Source: Kondoa subrosea (Eukaryota). Taken from it: 64,000 nucleotides of DNA. The DNA lies in contig BCIN01000003.1 of assembly GCA_039545335.1 (NCBI GenBank), positions 744,001 to 808,000 on the forward strand, written 5' to 3'. Below are positions 27,557 through 40,232 of the stretch, one piece after another. The first letter of the stretch is position 1. Each line of letters starts with the position of its first letter. The position numbers were made by a program, and so were the translations under genes. The notes under the pieces were generated by a model. It saw nothing but the letters and a program-made list of their open reading frames with translations. It had not been told where the DNA came from and made no database searches.

Positions 27557-29020
27557 TTATTCTCGATCCGAAGGATTTGCGATTGCTAGTTTTGGTGCTC
27601 CGTTCAACCCGCCTACGCTCCTCACTGTTCCACTACCTCTTTCTAACAATGCTTGATCTTCAGTAGCTGGAATTCTTGGTGATTGGGTGCGATAATCATC
27701 AAAGACTGAACCAGCAGTAGTTGCTCCGGCTGGTGAGAATGGTCTTGAAATACTTCCTCCACTAGGTGATAAGCTACCAGCTGCACCAGGTGGTAAACCA
27801 TGAGAAGCGTAAGAAAGATTCGAAGCTCTTCTTTCAACCATTCCTCCTCCCGGTCCTCCTGCTCCAATCACTTCTTGGGACATGTAAGGATCATAATACG
27901 ATTGTCTGTTGTCATAGTATTGTTGTTGAGGATGATGAGAAGAATTGCTCGTTGGACCGGAAGCGCCAAACATTAGCGAAGAATTTCGACTGAGATCCGT
28001 CATGGGAGATTTCCTTCCGCCATTCCCATGTGGATCGTGATCTTCGTCTGATCCGAAGTCAATTCCTGCTCCTCCTTGAATTTGTCTAGCACCTTGAGGC
28101 ATAAGAACTTCATCAGTTGAAGTTTTGAGTTCAGGCCATCTGTGCGCCAGTATCTACTTCAGTAACGGGTCCTATATATCGTTTGACCGAGTAAGGAGAC
28201 TCACTTAATGAAATCAGCATCATTGTCCAGGCCGCGATACTTGCTCTTAAACAATCTGAAACCAAGGTAAGCCAAGATCGCCGCTCCCAGCACACCACCA
28301 ATAACGGCAACAGGAATAACCCAAGCTTTAGTACCACTACCCCCTCCACTTCCGTTCGAGTTGTTTTCTAGAGTTCCAGCTAAAGAAGCGCTTGAGATGG
28401 ATGCTTGAACTTGAGATGCTGATGCTGGATCAACGGTCGTTGTTAGACCTTCTACGACTACAATGACTGAACCAGCTTCGTTTGTTTGTACTCTACAAAC
28501 AATCAATCAGCACTGCAGTGTCTGAATGGAATTTGAAGACGCACTGCATAGCAACGGAAGTAGGTTTGGTAGCGGCTCCATTGGAATTTACTTGAGCTAC
28601 AGTAGTTTGTTGCTGAGTGATTGAGCTGACTACAGTGACTGATCCTTGTACGATGGTAGTTTGAGAAGTTGCTGGAATTTGAACAGTTTGAAAACTAGTT
28701 TGAACAGTCTGAGTAGTAGTTTGTCCTCCTCCTCCTTGAGCTTGTGTAGATTCAGCTGGTGCTGCAGTGTTTCCTCCTCCTCCTCCATTTGCAGAACTTT
28801 GTTGTACAGGAGTATTTTCAGTTGGTTGCGCTGTTTGCTGTTGACTTGTTTGACCAGCATTCGCATCAGAGGTAGCAGCTTGAGCTTGAGAAGTTGTCAC
28901 GCCGGCTGCAGTCGTTCCTTGACCAGCGCCATTGCTTGAAACATCTTGAGCTGCAGATAACGTGACATTCCAAAGCAAGATTGCTGCAAGGGCCAGAACC
29001 TTGGAGGTAGACCCTTTCAT
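27557..29020 (-). CDS. Signal-peptide, S/T/Q-rich single-pass membrane protein (Mid2/Wsc-like architecture)
   Basis: Signal peptide, low-complexity ectodomain, TM WVIPVAVIGGVLGAAILAYLGF and a cytoplasmic tail ending LAIANPSDRE*. Confidence 0.75.
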
Positions 29021-29427
29021 TCGTTCGTATTCGCTAGAGGAGGTCTTGAAGCGAGGGTAGGAGAGGGCAACGGAAAACAAGAAAGAAAAATCGACGCTGA
29101 TGACTGTCTGGAAGAAAGGATGTTCTCAAAATGCCATGCCCTTGTCGCGTGCAGAAGCCGGCCTGATTCATGTTACAATACTGACTGTTACAATTACTTT
29201 ACAACAGGAGCCACACCGTCCACGCTCAAAATTACTCAGTGCTATAAAAAGTGCCAGTACGTGACGAAGAGAGACATAAACAAAGACAAAGTTGCAAAGC
29301 TTGCTGTCCGAGGTCCGTGGGCAAGCAACATTGCGCAGCATCACAGCCCATCGAACTGCATTAGTGAGTATTCAGCTGAAATTGACGCGACAGTGAAGTT
29401 TCGCCTTACTTTGATGATAGGTCCAGC

Positions 29428-30173
29428 CTAATTTCCCCTAACCCTAACTCTCTTGCCTTCTGATAAACTTCGTATAGCTTGTTCGACAGTGATGAAGTGA
29501 CTGAAGCCTTTAATATGATGTTCTGACGAAGGAGAGCTCCGAAATTTGATTTTGCCGATAGCGGTGAAGGGAGGAACAAGAACATGCAGATGCTATGGTA
29601 TTGTCAGCTGCTAAGAGGAGAGAAGTAGCAGAGACATACAAGATGATCGACAGAGCTGTGCGATATTAGCTCGATAGGGATAGATCGGCCGACGCGACTC
29701 ACTGAAATGGAGCAATATGAAAGCCCATACTGTTACACATTAGCTTCAGAAAGTATGGCAAATGAATGACTCACATCCTCTGATCCTCGGGTATCCTCTT
29801 TGGTAAATTTTGACTGTCAATCACTTCATGGCCCAAAGCAACCGCACTCTGGATCATCGGTACATCTCTGGCTGAGAGGGTCTTGATATTATCCACGTGC
29901 GCTCTAGGAATAACTAAGTAATGTTGAGCTGCTCCAGGCCAACGATCTCGGAAACAGATCAGATCCGCTGTCTGTGCTCCTCAATTTCAGCTTCTGGACG
30001 ATACTAGACAGAAAGTTGAAGCGACTCACCTCTTGCACTATATCAAACTGATCGCGTGTCACTCGACAGAAAGTGCAACCTGGCGCTTGATCAGCGCTTA
30101 AGTACGATTTCTCATCGTTTCCAGTTGATCCCTTAGGCCAACAATTCAGAGCTCGAGCTAAAGAGAAAGGCAT
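29428..30173 (-). CDS. HIT-family nucleotide hydrolase (HINT3-like)
   Basis: CTFC, HLLVIPRAHVDNIK, GFHIAP and the HIT motif SVDHL|HLHVL. Confidence 0.88.
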
Positions 30174-30295
30174 CGTCGTATCAGGTCATGGCATCATGCC
30201 TCCGAAGAACAACAAGCAGGTGCTTGCTTTGAGAAGAGCTATGAAACTCTCTTCCACTAACAGCCTATACCCACATAGAAACGATACCCTTAAGT

Positions 30296-31256
30296 ATGCA
30301 AGCTACGATAGATCATATCAAATCACAGATTAGAGGGCACCTAGCATTCCTTCACTCTCAGAATTGCCTGTCTTTGGATCTTTCGCTACAATTCGATGTC
30401 TTGCTGGATCAGATCAAGCCGCCTACGGATAATCCTCCTGCGATAGTAGTAATGCAGCCGCAAGCTCCGCAACTTGACAAATACAACGCATTGCTTCGAA
30501 AGGAATTGGTTGAGGCAGAGATGCTTTCAAAGGTTGTCAGCCTGATACCTTTCTTCCCTCAAGCTTGGAGCGAGATAGTAGAAGAAGGTTCCAGAGATTT
30601 AGCTCATGCTCTTACAGTGCGTTGCCCTGTTTCCGGGCAAAAAATATATGCTCAGACGCTTCGAGCAGAATCCAGAATTGCAAAAGAAAGCGATGCAATT
30701 ATCCAAGAAGGCGGCTATATCGACTGGTACGGCTGCTGTAAAGTCATATCGTACTACTTCGAACAAGATCAAAGCTCGGAAACTAGCGCGATCGCTTTCC
30801 TCTCCAAGTACTTCTACACCCATAGCAGCTTCTCCTACGCTCTTACACGCTAGTCAACTCTCTCAGTCGAATATTGAGGAGTCGGAAGAAGAAGAACAAA
30901 GCACCGTGAAGATTCTTACATCGACTTATGAAGCTGCACCAGGACTTCAAGTCTCTTCCGTCATTACTCTAACTTTCTCAGATTCTCTATTCTCTACCTT
31001 TGGTCCGAATTCTGATCCACCAGCATCATCTCTACCTCTATCGACAGAAATACCCAATATCGAAATCGCAGCTTCAGATTCACCATTTTCGATCACGAAG
31101 GAGCAAATTCAAGCAGAATTACCTACTTCTTTCAGACCTAGTAGTCCTTTATTACCACCTCGACATCCCAAATCTTCAGCTTCCTCGCATGAGCCGGGTT
31201 TTATCGTTCCACCGCCTCCATTGCGGAGAAGAACGTCAAACAGTTGTCAAAGCTAA
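30296..31256 (+). CDS. Hypothetical protein with P/S-rich C-terminus
   Basis: Two ORFs joined by a plausible intron at 30536-30617; N-terminal HIKSQIRGHLAFL helix and C-terminal PPPPLRRR. Confidence 0.55.
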
Positions 31257-31605
31257 TGGAGATTTTGAATAAGTGACGTGAAAGATAGACGTCACCCGTA
31301 CGATTCTGCTTGACAAGGTTTCTGCAGGCTGTGCGTATCAACATCTTGTCTGCTTGATAAATGCGATAAGGCTCGCCTCCTGTCAGTGTTGGCAGGCAGC
31401 TACGCTTTGCGCCGTCTTCTGTGATCTGGTCTGTGACTTCTCTTGTTGGCTAGTTCTCTTTCTCTTTTGATACTCGTTTGAGAACAGACCCTTCGATTCT
31501 TCTCTGACTTTCGCTTGTACATACTACCTTTCTGATCTATCTGTTCATCATTCCTCATTCAATTCAAATTCACAGAGCTTTACATCGTGTAGCTTACACT
31601 ACGCA

Positions 31606-33721
31606 ATGACTACAAGACAGCAAGTCGTCTCTACTTCGGTCTGCGTAGCTCTCCTGCTGTCAAGACCATTCGCTCCTCCCGGACGGTACGGATTGCTATG
31701 AAGCAACGCCTAATGTTGTGCAACGGCTCAATCGATTTCTGCAAGAACTACGCAAGTGGGGACCAAAGAGGACGGTCGACTTGGAAGTGAGACAACACAC
31801 CTGATCGTATCGATACCTTCAATTGTCGGAGTAAGCAATCCGGCTGAAGAAGCTCATTCGCTCGACTGCAATAGCTAGAGGCTCGATATAGGCTTAAAGT
31901 CTACGATGCCTCGTGCGCGTTGAAAGGATGATTGAGCCGGTTTATTGATGCCTCAGCCAAGAAGGATAGGTTGGTATATATAGGGCTTGTACAGCGACAT
32001 ATATGACCCCCACAGATCTGTTGACCTTCGTGTCGACCTTGGGTGCACGACCGACCTTGAACTCGAACGCCGACCTGGTCGTCTGACATACTAGCAGCTA
32101 GCTCCTCTGTGGCTCTAAGACCATTAAATCGAAGCGCACAACTGTACCCAACGCTTTTGAATGCTGCCTTACCGTTATGCATTCTAAAACTCATGTAATC
32201 AAGGCTGGCGACAGAGCTATGCGCATTGTAGGCAAGAAATCTGCGGAGCTGCTAGAAAAAGGGATGGAAGGGACACACCAGCCTATAACTGCCTTGCCTC
32301 TTCGTTTCGACGGAGCAGATCCTGTCTCCGGTCGACAGTGCAAAATGCGCGTCTACGCGAGTCTTTCAAAGCCTAGGTGTACCTGTGAGGGTGCAAGAGA
32401 GGATAAGGAAGATTCGAAGCAGTGGATTTTGGATAAGTGCCTTGACTGTGTGTATGACCTTATCTTGGACGAAATGAGGGCTGAGAATTGGGTATTGGTT
32501 TACTGTTTGTTCCGCATGCGCTCGCTCAGACAAATGCGACCTCTGATACTGAAACTTTGCACATAGTCTTTCTCGAACACGTCAAATGCACCACAAAAAA
32601 TGACCATGGCATGAATGGTACGAATTTAGTGCGAGACACGTATGTCTTGCTTCTATGAGCTGCGAGTCTGCTGGGCTACAACTTATGTTTGCAGCGCAAT
32701 GAAGCTCTTCGCAATGGCACCGACAGACTTTGCACAAGCAGCATTGGCTTACAACAAAATCGTGCCAATGGATTCGTCTTTATCGGAGTGGGCCAGTACG
32801 GACGACAGAATCCAATGGGAGAACAACATTGATATGTATGGCTTGCGTGCAGTCTACGAGATCATTGGCTTCTCTTTAGCTTTGCGGAAATTGCCAGATC
32901 ACCTTCTAGAGACACTTTTCTCTGTCATGCTGTCTGGTTTGGATTCTTTGGTGAAGTACAATGCGCGACATCCATTCAATGGCCTTGCGGTTCTTTACAG
33001 TAGCGGGGTGCAATTTCTGAGTCATTTGATTCGCTTCTTTCTCAAGCATCCAGAAGTCTGCCATTCAGCGTGGGATAAGATCCTTGCTTTCTCTCTACCT
33101 CAAGAACCGCTTGTAGCCTACCTAAAATTCCGATCATTATGCCTATCCGCCGATTTGCGCATCATTCGTCTTCCGTCTGGCCACAAAATACCGAATAAGG
33201 CGCCGTACCCAACACAAAAGCAGCTTCAACAACTTTGCGATTCCGTGAAAGCCATGGAGAAGATTATGTGTATTCGAGTCGATTCTCGAGGGCATCTGCA
33301 TCACGCATTACCAAGCGGCAAAACGGCAATTGATCTCACTGACGAGCTTCAAGAGCTTCTGCCCGCGCGTCTGCTATCTACACAGTATATGAGCTGTTTT
33401 GCGCATGGTTGCTGGAAAGAGGCAACGAATGTTGAAGAGGTCAAGAAGTTCAAAGTTAGTGCGCTGTTCTGACAGCAAGCGCGAAGACTCTAACACTCTC
33501 CCCTTGAAGATGTGCTCCGGGTGTCATCTTACTGCATGTTAGTCTAATAATCATAAGCTTGCTTTTCGTTCACGTTGACCTTTGTGCGCCGTCAAGATTG
33601 CTCTCAAGAGTGTCAGATCAACGATTGGGCTGGCAAACACAGGAAAGCCTGCAAGGAGTATGTTCCCGCTTCAAACGGTTATGTAGAGATATTGATTTCG
33701 ACAATCCTAGACTTAGAATGA
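31606..33721 (+). CDS. MYND zinc-finger protein (5' structure uncertain)
   Basis: CFAHGC...KFK|CSGC|YCSQECQINDWAGKHRKAC. Confidence 0.7.
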
Positions 33722-34294
33722 AGGTCTGGACTGATGCTACTGCAGAGAACTGGCGTTCATTATCCTTTTCTAGCTGAAAGAACCAATCATCGCAAGCTCT
33801 CCAGCCAAAACTGAACAAGAAGGGTAATCTCAAGCTTGTCAGTTCGGATTGATCGAGAAGGCCGGCGAGGTTTCGATTTAGGAGAGGGCGAATACCACTG
33901 GTAGGGTTATACCATCAACTACTCAAAACGCACAATTGAAATCCAACATGTCATATATCTCTTGGAAGGCTCCGCTATACAAACCTTTTCCCAGCATCCT
34001 GATATTTGTATTTTCTTTCTTGTCTTCTCTTCTACATTCGCATTGCTCGGTACTTCTTCGCCTTGATGTCATTCCGTTAGCTTTACACTCTCCTTCTGCC
34101 GTCTTGCAATAGATCTTGATGCTATTATTCTCTTTTTAGCGACCGCAGCCAGCCATGTATTGCACCAGACAGCTGACTTTCTGTACAGGAATTGATCTAC
34201 ATTGTAACTAGGCACGAGCAGAAGACAGTTCCCAGCAGGGGTAATCAGGTAAATGCTAGTACAATACTATCTACAAGTGAAACCCCTCCGCGAA

Positions 34295-37200
34295 CTAGAA
34301 TATCAGATCTCCCTTCGGTTCCAGCTCTAGACGCTTCTTGCTCTCCATCTCGACCAAGACGGTCCATTGCAGCTTGCCAATCGCTTCTGCTTTCAATGCT
34401 CTTGCTTCCTTCAAGCTCTCTACTGCCGATCCTTCGCCCAGATTCTCAATAAGCTTGGCCAAGACTTGTAAAGCAGTTCCGAATCTTTTCGCTCGAATGT
34501 GATCTTTTGCAACTTGCAGAGCGAAATCATTGTCAGAAGTCTCATTCTCTACCCATTTTCGGTAAGAGTTCATAAGGGAAGCGTAATCTGGGAAGGGAGC
34601 GGTAGGCGAAGGACTTCTTTCGTTCGTTACCGCCTCATAACTTGCTTCCGTCGACGCGTCCTCTTCCCTTGTTTCGCGGGAGAAGAGAACTTTGGCTTTT
34701 CTGTTGAAAGCAAGCAGAAGTGCAGCCTTTTCATCTGAAACTTTCTTCGCGGCTTTCCGCTCTGCAGCAGTATCTTTGGATTTCTGAGGTAGACCATTCG
34801 CACGAGCCAGAGCGTCCACATCGATGTAAGAAAGAATTGCATCGGCGGCTTGATTGATAAGATCTTCTCGAGAGCGATCGCCAGATTTGTCTTTTAGCGA
34901 TTCGAGCTTTGCGACAAGTAGAGGCAGATGCTGAGGATGTTCTTTGAGGAGTAGGTCCAGATAACTCGACTTCTCCTTGTCATCTTTGATCTTCTTAGCC
35001 ATCTCTATCTGCAGGTCCACAAGCAACTGCTTCTCCTGGTCTTTCTCGTTCTCTTTCTTGTCTTCAGGTGCTTTAGTTGGTAGTGCATAGAAGGCAGGGC
35101 GACCAAGCTTGCTCGCATCTCCCGTCAAGGCGAACTTGCCGACAAGAAGATCTCCCGCTGAAGCATCTTTGTAGAGATCTGAGCTGGCCTCTGAAGGTAT
35201 GCTAGCTTTTACGACAATAGATCGTAGCTAAACTGCAGTGTCAACCAATGGAATGCAGTGATCCTATGACTTACTTCTGACGGCTTGACCTTGACTCCCT
35301 CGAATTTAGCAGGCTTCTCCGCTGTCAAACCATCATACCGATCTCGATAGAAATTGAATGATAATCCTTTTGCTTTTCCGTCGAGTTTTGCGTCGAGAGA
35401 TATTAGAAGTCCTTTGTTGGCTTCCAAAATCTTGACTTCATGGTGTAACAGACTCATCCGCAGAGTATAGTCGCCCTTATCTAGATCAGCTATCTCTTTA
35501 TCGTACATATCAATGTACTTGACAATGCGACCATTCTTGTCTGTTAGAACTCCAAGAACAGCAAATGGACCATCGTAAAGATGATTTGAGACAGCAGAAC
35601 GGAAAGTAATCGACGTCTTTTTGGTGAGCTTGACTTCGTACGAAAGTAGGAGCTGGTATAGCGACTTTTGACTTGGGAGGTCGTTTCTTGTGGACAGACT
35701 GGCGATTTTAGATGACTTTGGTCGCAGCATTTTCCGACGAGATTCTATGAAATTTCATCATCAGCCTTCAAATGGGTCAACAGCCGCATCTGCTTACCAA
35801 ATTTGATAGAAGGCTGCAAATTCTCAGGTCTGACCGATCCTATGACAGGAATTTCCCTCAAGTCATCTTCACCGAGCATTAATGTGTCATAACCCGAATG
35901 CAAGCCATGAAATTCGACAGCTACTTCGATATCTGCTCGTCCAATTGCATTCCAAGCTTGAGTAGCGCAGATTTCAAGCGCTGCACCTCCAGTTACGTTG
36001 AACTTTCTAGTGATTGGTTCTCCAGCATTCGCGAGGGAGAAAACATACGATTGTTCGGTTTGACTTAAGCGTTGCAGAGGCAAGACTTGCACACAATGTA
36101 ACCAAAATTGAATTGGCGTAGGATGATTAGCAGAAGTAATCTTGACTTCAGCATAAGTAGCGCCCTCGGGAACGGCAACAAAGTGTCTCTTCAGGGTGCC
36201 AGAAGTATAAGAATGTTCGAATTTGTAAGAAGGTGAAGAGAGGAGATCAGGCTTAGCTACAGTAACAGGAATGACGAGAAGAGTGCGGTTATCGTGAATG
36301 ACTTTGATCTGAGCTGTATTCAAACCACTTTCAAGCTGAGAGGGATCGACCTTGATAGCGAATGTACGACCATTGCCAGCCAGAGCGAGGAAAGAAGGTA
36401 CTGAAACCCAAGGTTGTGTAGCTGTAATCGAGCATTCAAGATCGACTTCGTACAGCTTCGATGTCTCTTCCTCCTTAAATCTAGGTGTGATTTCGACCTG
36501 AAATTGCTGAATACTCTGAGTATTGTGAGCTTCTCGTAGGTAAACTCCACGCATAGCTTCTCCGCGTCCAACAGGTGTGACCTTGACCTCGAATTCGGAA
36601 TCTTCAACAGCTACATCTTTGTGTTCGAGCAGATAATCATAGGCCTTCTCAATTTGTGAAAGGCCAACGTTGAAGGGATCACCAATATCCTTTGAGGTCA
36701 TTTCAATAGCTTTCTTGACCCGAGCTGGTGTCCAAGCGATCTTGTCTGCCTTCAGAGCCGATAGAAGCAGACTGATTGCACCACATGTATTCGGTGCGCT
36801 CATGCTCGTCCCGTTCATCAATTCTGAACTGGCCTTTAGCAAATCGGAAAACCTCATGCACATAGGCACTTACGCTGCTGATGCAAATTGTACATTGGTA
36901 CACCTGTGATAGCTGCACCCTAAAGCCAGTACATGCATCAGTATATTTCCCATCTATCGGACAGATTACTCACTGGAGAGTAGACAGAGACACCCACGGC
37001 CCCATCGGCTGTAGGACCTCTACTAGACCAAGTATAGGGTGAAGAGGGGACTTTCTCCAGTAACGAGTACATCGCAGCTTGCATAGCTGGACTTTCGTAT
37101 GCTCCAATAGAGAACACTGCATCACCTGCAGCTGGAGCACCGATTGTAGAAAGAGCTGGACCAGCATTGCCTCTGAAGCCCGCTATCAGCCCTCAATCAT

Positions 37201-38573
37201 TGGGTGAAAGAGAAAGGAAAATTACGCAGAGGTGACAAAGATCACATCCCTCTTTCGAATGACTTCGTTGACCAATTGTTCAATGAAAGCGCCTTTCCTT
37301 TCCATCATCCAAGCGCTATCTTCACCGAAAGACATGTTTGCAATATCACAACCTGAATCTAAGATTGTCTTGCTTGCTCTAAGTAGAGCTTGTTGAGTTT
37401 CCATATTGGAGACTCGAGGATCTCCAATGCGCAAAGAAACAATTTCCACGCCTGGAGCCACTCCATTAAGTTCTGGTTTGTCTTTGTGTTCTGATGCGAT
37501 AATGGAAGCGACATGAGATCCATGAGAGCCGGACACTGAAAGGTCCTGCCTTCAACATCAAAGCTGGCCATGTAAGATGAAACTTACACGTTACAATCGA
37601 AAGGATATCGCCATCTTCGTAAAAGTTGAAAGAGTAGCTTAGTAGATCTTGAGTTCCGAATCGTTCATAATGTTTTTCTATCTTGTAATCCGTCATTGGT
37701 TTCTGTTTGCTTAGATCAAGGACATAAGGTGAACCATCTTCATTAAACAGCGGTATGGTTTCTTGTTCTCCTTCACCACCAGCCAGAACAGCTCGATGAT
37801 TCTTTCCATCATGCCATGAAATGACTTCAATCACAGGTCCAGCATCTTCTGTCTGGGTTCGCAGATCTTGTAGAACGGCAATCCGATCTTCCAAATCTTT
37901 CTTGATTAACTTTTCCTGCTCCTTTTCGCTCTCGTCAGGCTCTTTAGGTTCCTCAACATCCTGTTTCTTTGCATCCGGATCGATCCCTTCCTTCTTTTTC
38001 TTTCCCTTTTTTGTTTTCTCTTGTTCAAAAGCCGAAAGATCTCCATAAGCTTTACTCAATAGTCCAGCATACTGTACATCAAACTTCTCTTTCCTCTCTC
38101 CCTTTCTTCGTCTTATCAGATCAGAAGGCCATAATTCCCAAGCTCTTTTGTAACCAGTTTTCCAAATATTGGTGGGATTAGACCAAGATTTCGAAGCAGC
38201 TAGTATTCTTCCAGTAGGGGAAGGCAAGTAGATCAGGTCTTCTGAGGGTTTGGAAGAAGAAGAAGAAGGAGCTGAAGAAAGGGGTTCAACTGTCGAAAGA
38301 GCAACATCCCCTGCTGATGTACAATCTATGAGATCGACTAGACAATGAGACAATCCATATGTAGCAGGATCCACGCCCGTCTGATGCATCGAAATACTTC
38401 ATCAGATCTTGTGAATGCGATAAGACAAACAAACGCACATCTAGGACAGCAACGCGAATGCCTTTGCCATTGTGACCAGTACGAGTGATGAATGTATCTG
38501 CCTGAGTCTCTGCTTTGGGTAACAGACTTGCGGAGGGGAAGGGAGCTAGATTAGAAGTTGATGACGAGGACAT
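34295..38573 (-). CDS. TPP2: Tripeptidyl-peptidase II (S8 subtilase)
   Basis: LLPKAETQA, GKGIRVAVLD|TGVDP, HGSHVAS, LRIGD, ANMSFGE, MNGTSMSAPN and RGVYLRE. Confidence 0.93.
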
Positions 38574-38840
38574 TGCAGTTCTACTGCTGCTCGCGATCAA
38601 GCTCTTGAGCGTCGAAGAAAAGCGAATGGTTGCAGAAGAGCTATAGCGAAGTAGAAATGACCGGACACGCTCGGAGTTATGAACCAGAACAAAGGATGGA
38701 ATCTTCTGAAAGATATGGATCTCGCGATGCCACTGCGATGCCCCAATGCGGGCATAAGAACACAGCGATCAGAAAGACAAATAGTGCATTGAAGCAAATA
38801 AGAGAGAGATACAGGCTATAAACAAGGAAGCAATCTTCTG

Positions 38841-40041
38841 CTACTCCGCATCACCTCGATCAAATTGCCATTTCTGCTTCACTGTAAGCGCTGACATCTC
38901 TTTGCCTGAACCAACAACCCCAACTGTAGACAAACAAAACACAGCATTAGCATCTGGACAGTATAGCAAACAAAAAGATAATTGTAGAACAGAAGAAATA
39001 GCTTAGTAAGGAAGGCAATACAGTTGGTGAGAATATGTAGGCCAGGACACCAACTAGCAGTATATGACACCGTGACTAGATCAGCCTCTGGTTCTAGGTT
39101 ATAGCGAAAGACGTTACGCATGGTTTGCCCTTTCGACACCGCAGCATGAAGTGGTCCAAAACAGAAAAAACTAGGTGCAAGAAGGGACGATTGTAGACAG
39201 GGAAGGAAGTAATGAACGGAATCTTACCTCTACCGTTAAATCCAGAAGGCGAAGCGAATTGAGATGATCCTTGAACACCAGGAATGGATATGCCTGTCAG
39301 TCGAACAATATCAGATATACAGCTATCATGGCGAGGAAGTCGACTGACCCTTCTTTGTGCCTTTGGTAGCGAATTTCTGCCAACTTGCTTTCTTCTCATT
39401 CTGTTCAGCGTTTTTGGCCTGTCTCGTTTCCTGCTTCTTATCATATTTCTTCTTCTTCTTTTCCTTTTCCGCTTCTTCTGCTGTAATCTCCATTGCCCTT
39501 TTCTTGTCCACACTCAATGCTTTCACATCACCCAAACCTAACAATTCCGTTGAATCGTAACCCTTGAAAATGACTGTGTAGATTGGATTGTCTGCTGATC
39601 CACCGATGGAGATTACTCTTGCTGGATAGAATTTGCCATCGCCTGAGTATTTTGCGCTCACTTCCTCTCCTGCACTAATAGCTGGAATCGAGCTGGACGC
39701 AAGAGCAGATGCTTTCCTCTTGTTATTGCTAGAAGAAGTACTCGCAACAGGTGTAGAGGTAGAGGTGGTAGTGATCTTGGGTGAGTCAGTACGTTTGGGT
39801 GCAGGTGCAGGTGTAGGTGCAGCTTGAGCTTGCTGGTATTCCTTAGCCAAGGCAATCAAGTTCTCTAGCTCTTCTTTGAGATTGATCAGTTCCGAATTAG
39901 TAGGATCCGCAGCATAGGCTTGCTTAACAGAATCCAATTCTAAGAAAGCCAAAAACATGAGATTAGCTCGACGATTCGGGGGAAGCGGGCGCTAAAGGGC
40001 AGCATACGGTAGACGTAGGCCTCAATATCTTCTTTTTCCAT
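38841..40041 (-). CDS. SPF30: Splicing factor SPF30/SMNDC1 (Tudor domain)
   Basis: DPTNSELINLKEELENLI, Tudor AKYSGDGKFYPARV, SWQKFA, SQFASP..GR|VGVVGSGK. Confidence 0.88.
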
Positions 40042-40232
40042 CTCTGCAGCGTTGCTACAAGCTAGGTTATGGGTTGAATCCAAGCTAACCAAACGCATCA
40101 AGCCAGAGTGTAAGTGGCGACTTCGAGCTCAACGTGAAGATACTGTATAAATTAACATTTCTAAGACATGAATCATTAGGTATATATTACACCGTGCGCC
40201 TTTCCTTTTCCGATACATTCATCCAAAACCTC

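Noticed and set aside
29436..29447. CCCTAACCCTAA telomere-like repeat
   Set aside because: Only two units, and they encode RVRVRG at the end of the HIT coding sequence.
30606..30853. Dual-coding overlap or programmed frameshift between two + ORFs
   Set aside because: An 82-nt GTCAGC...TACAG intron (30536-30617) accounts for the frame change.
33780..34230. Possible snRNA/snoRNA or small gene between the MYND gene and TPP2
   Set aside because: No match to remembered U1-U6 motifs, no clear C/D or H/ACA layout and no convincing ORF.
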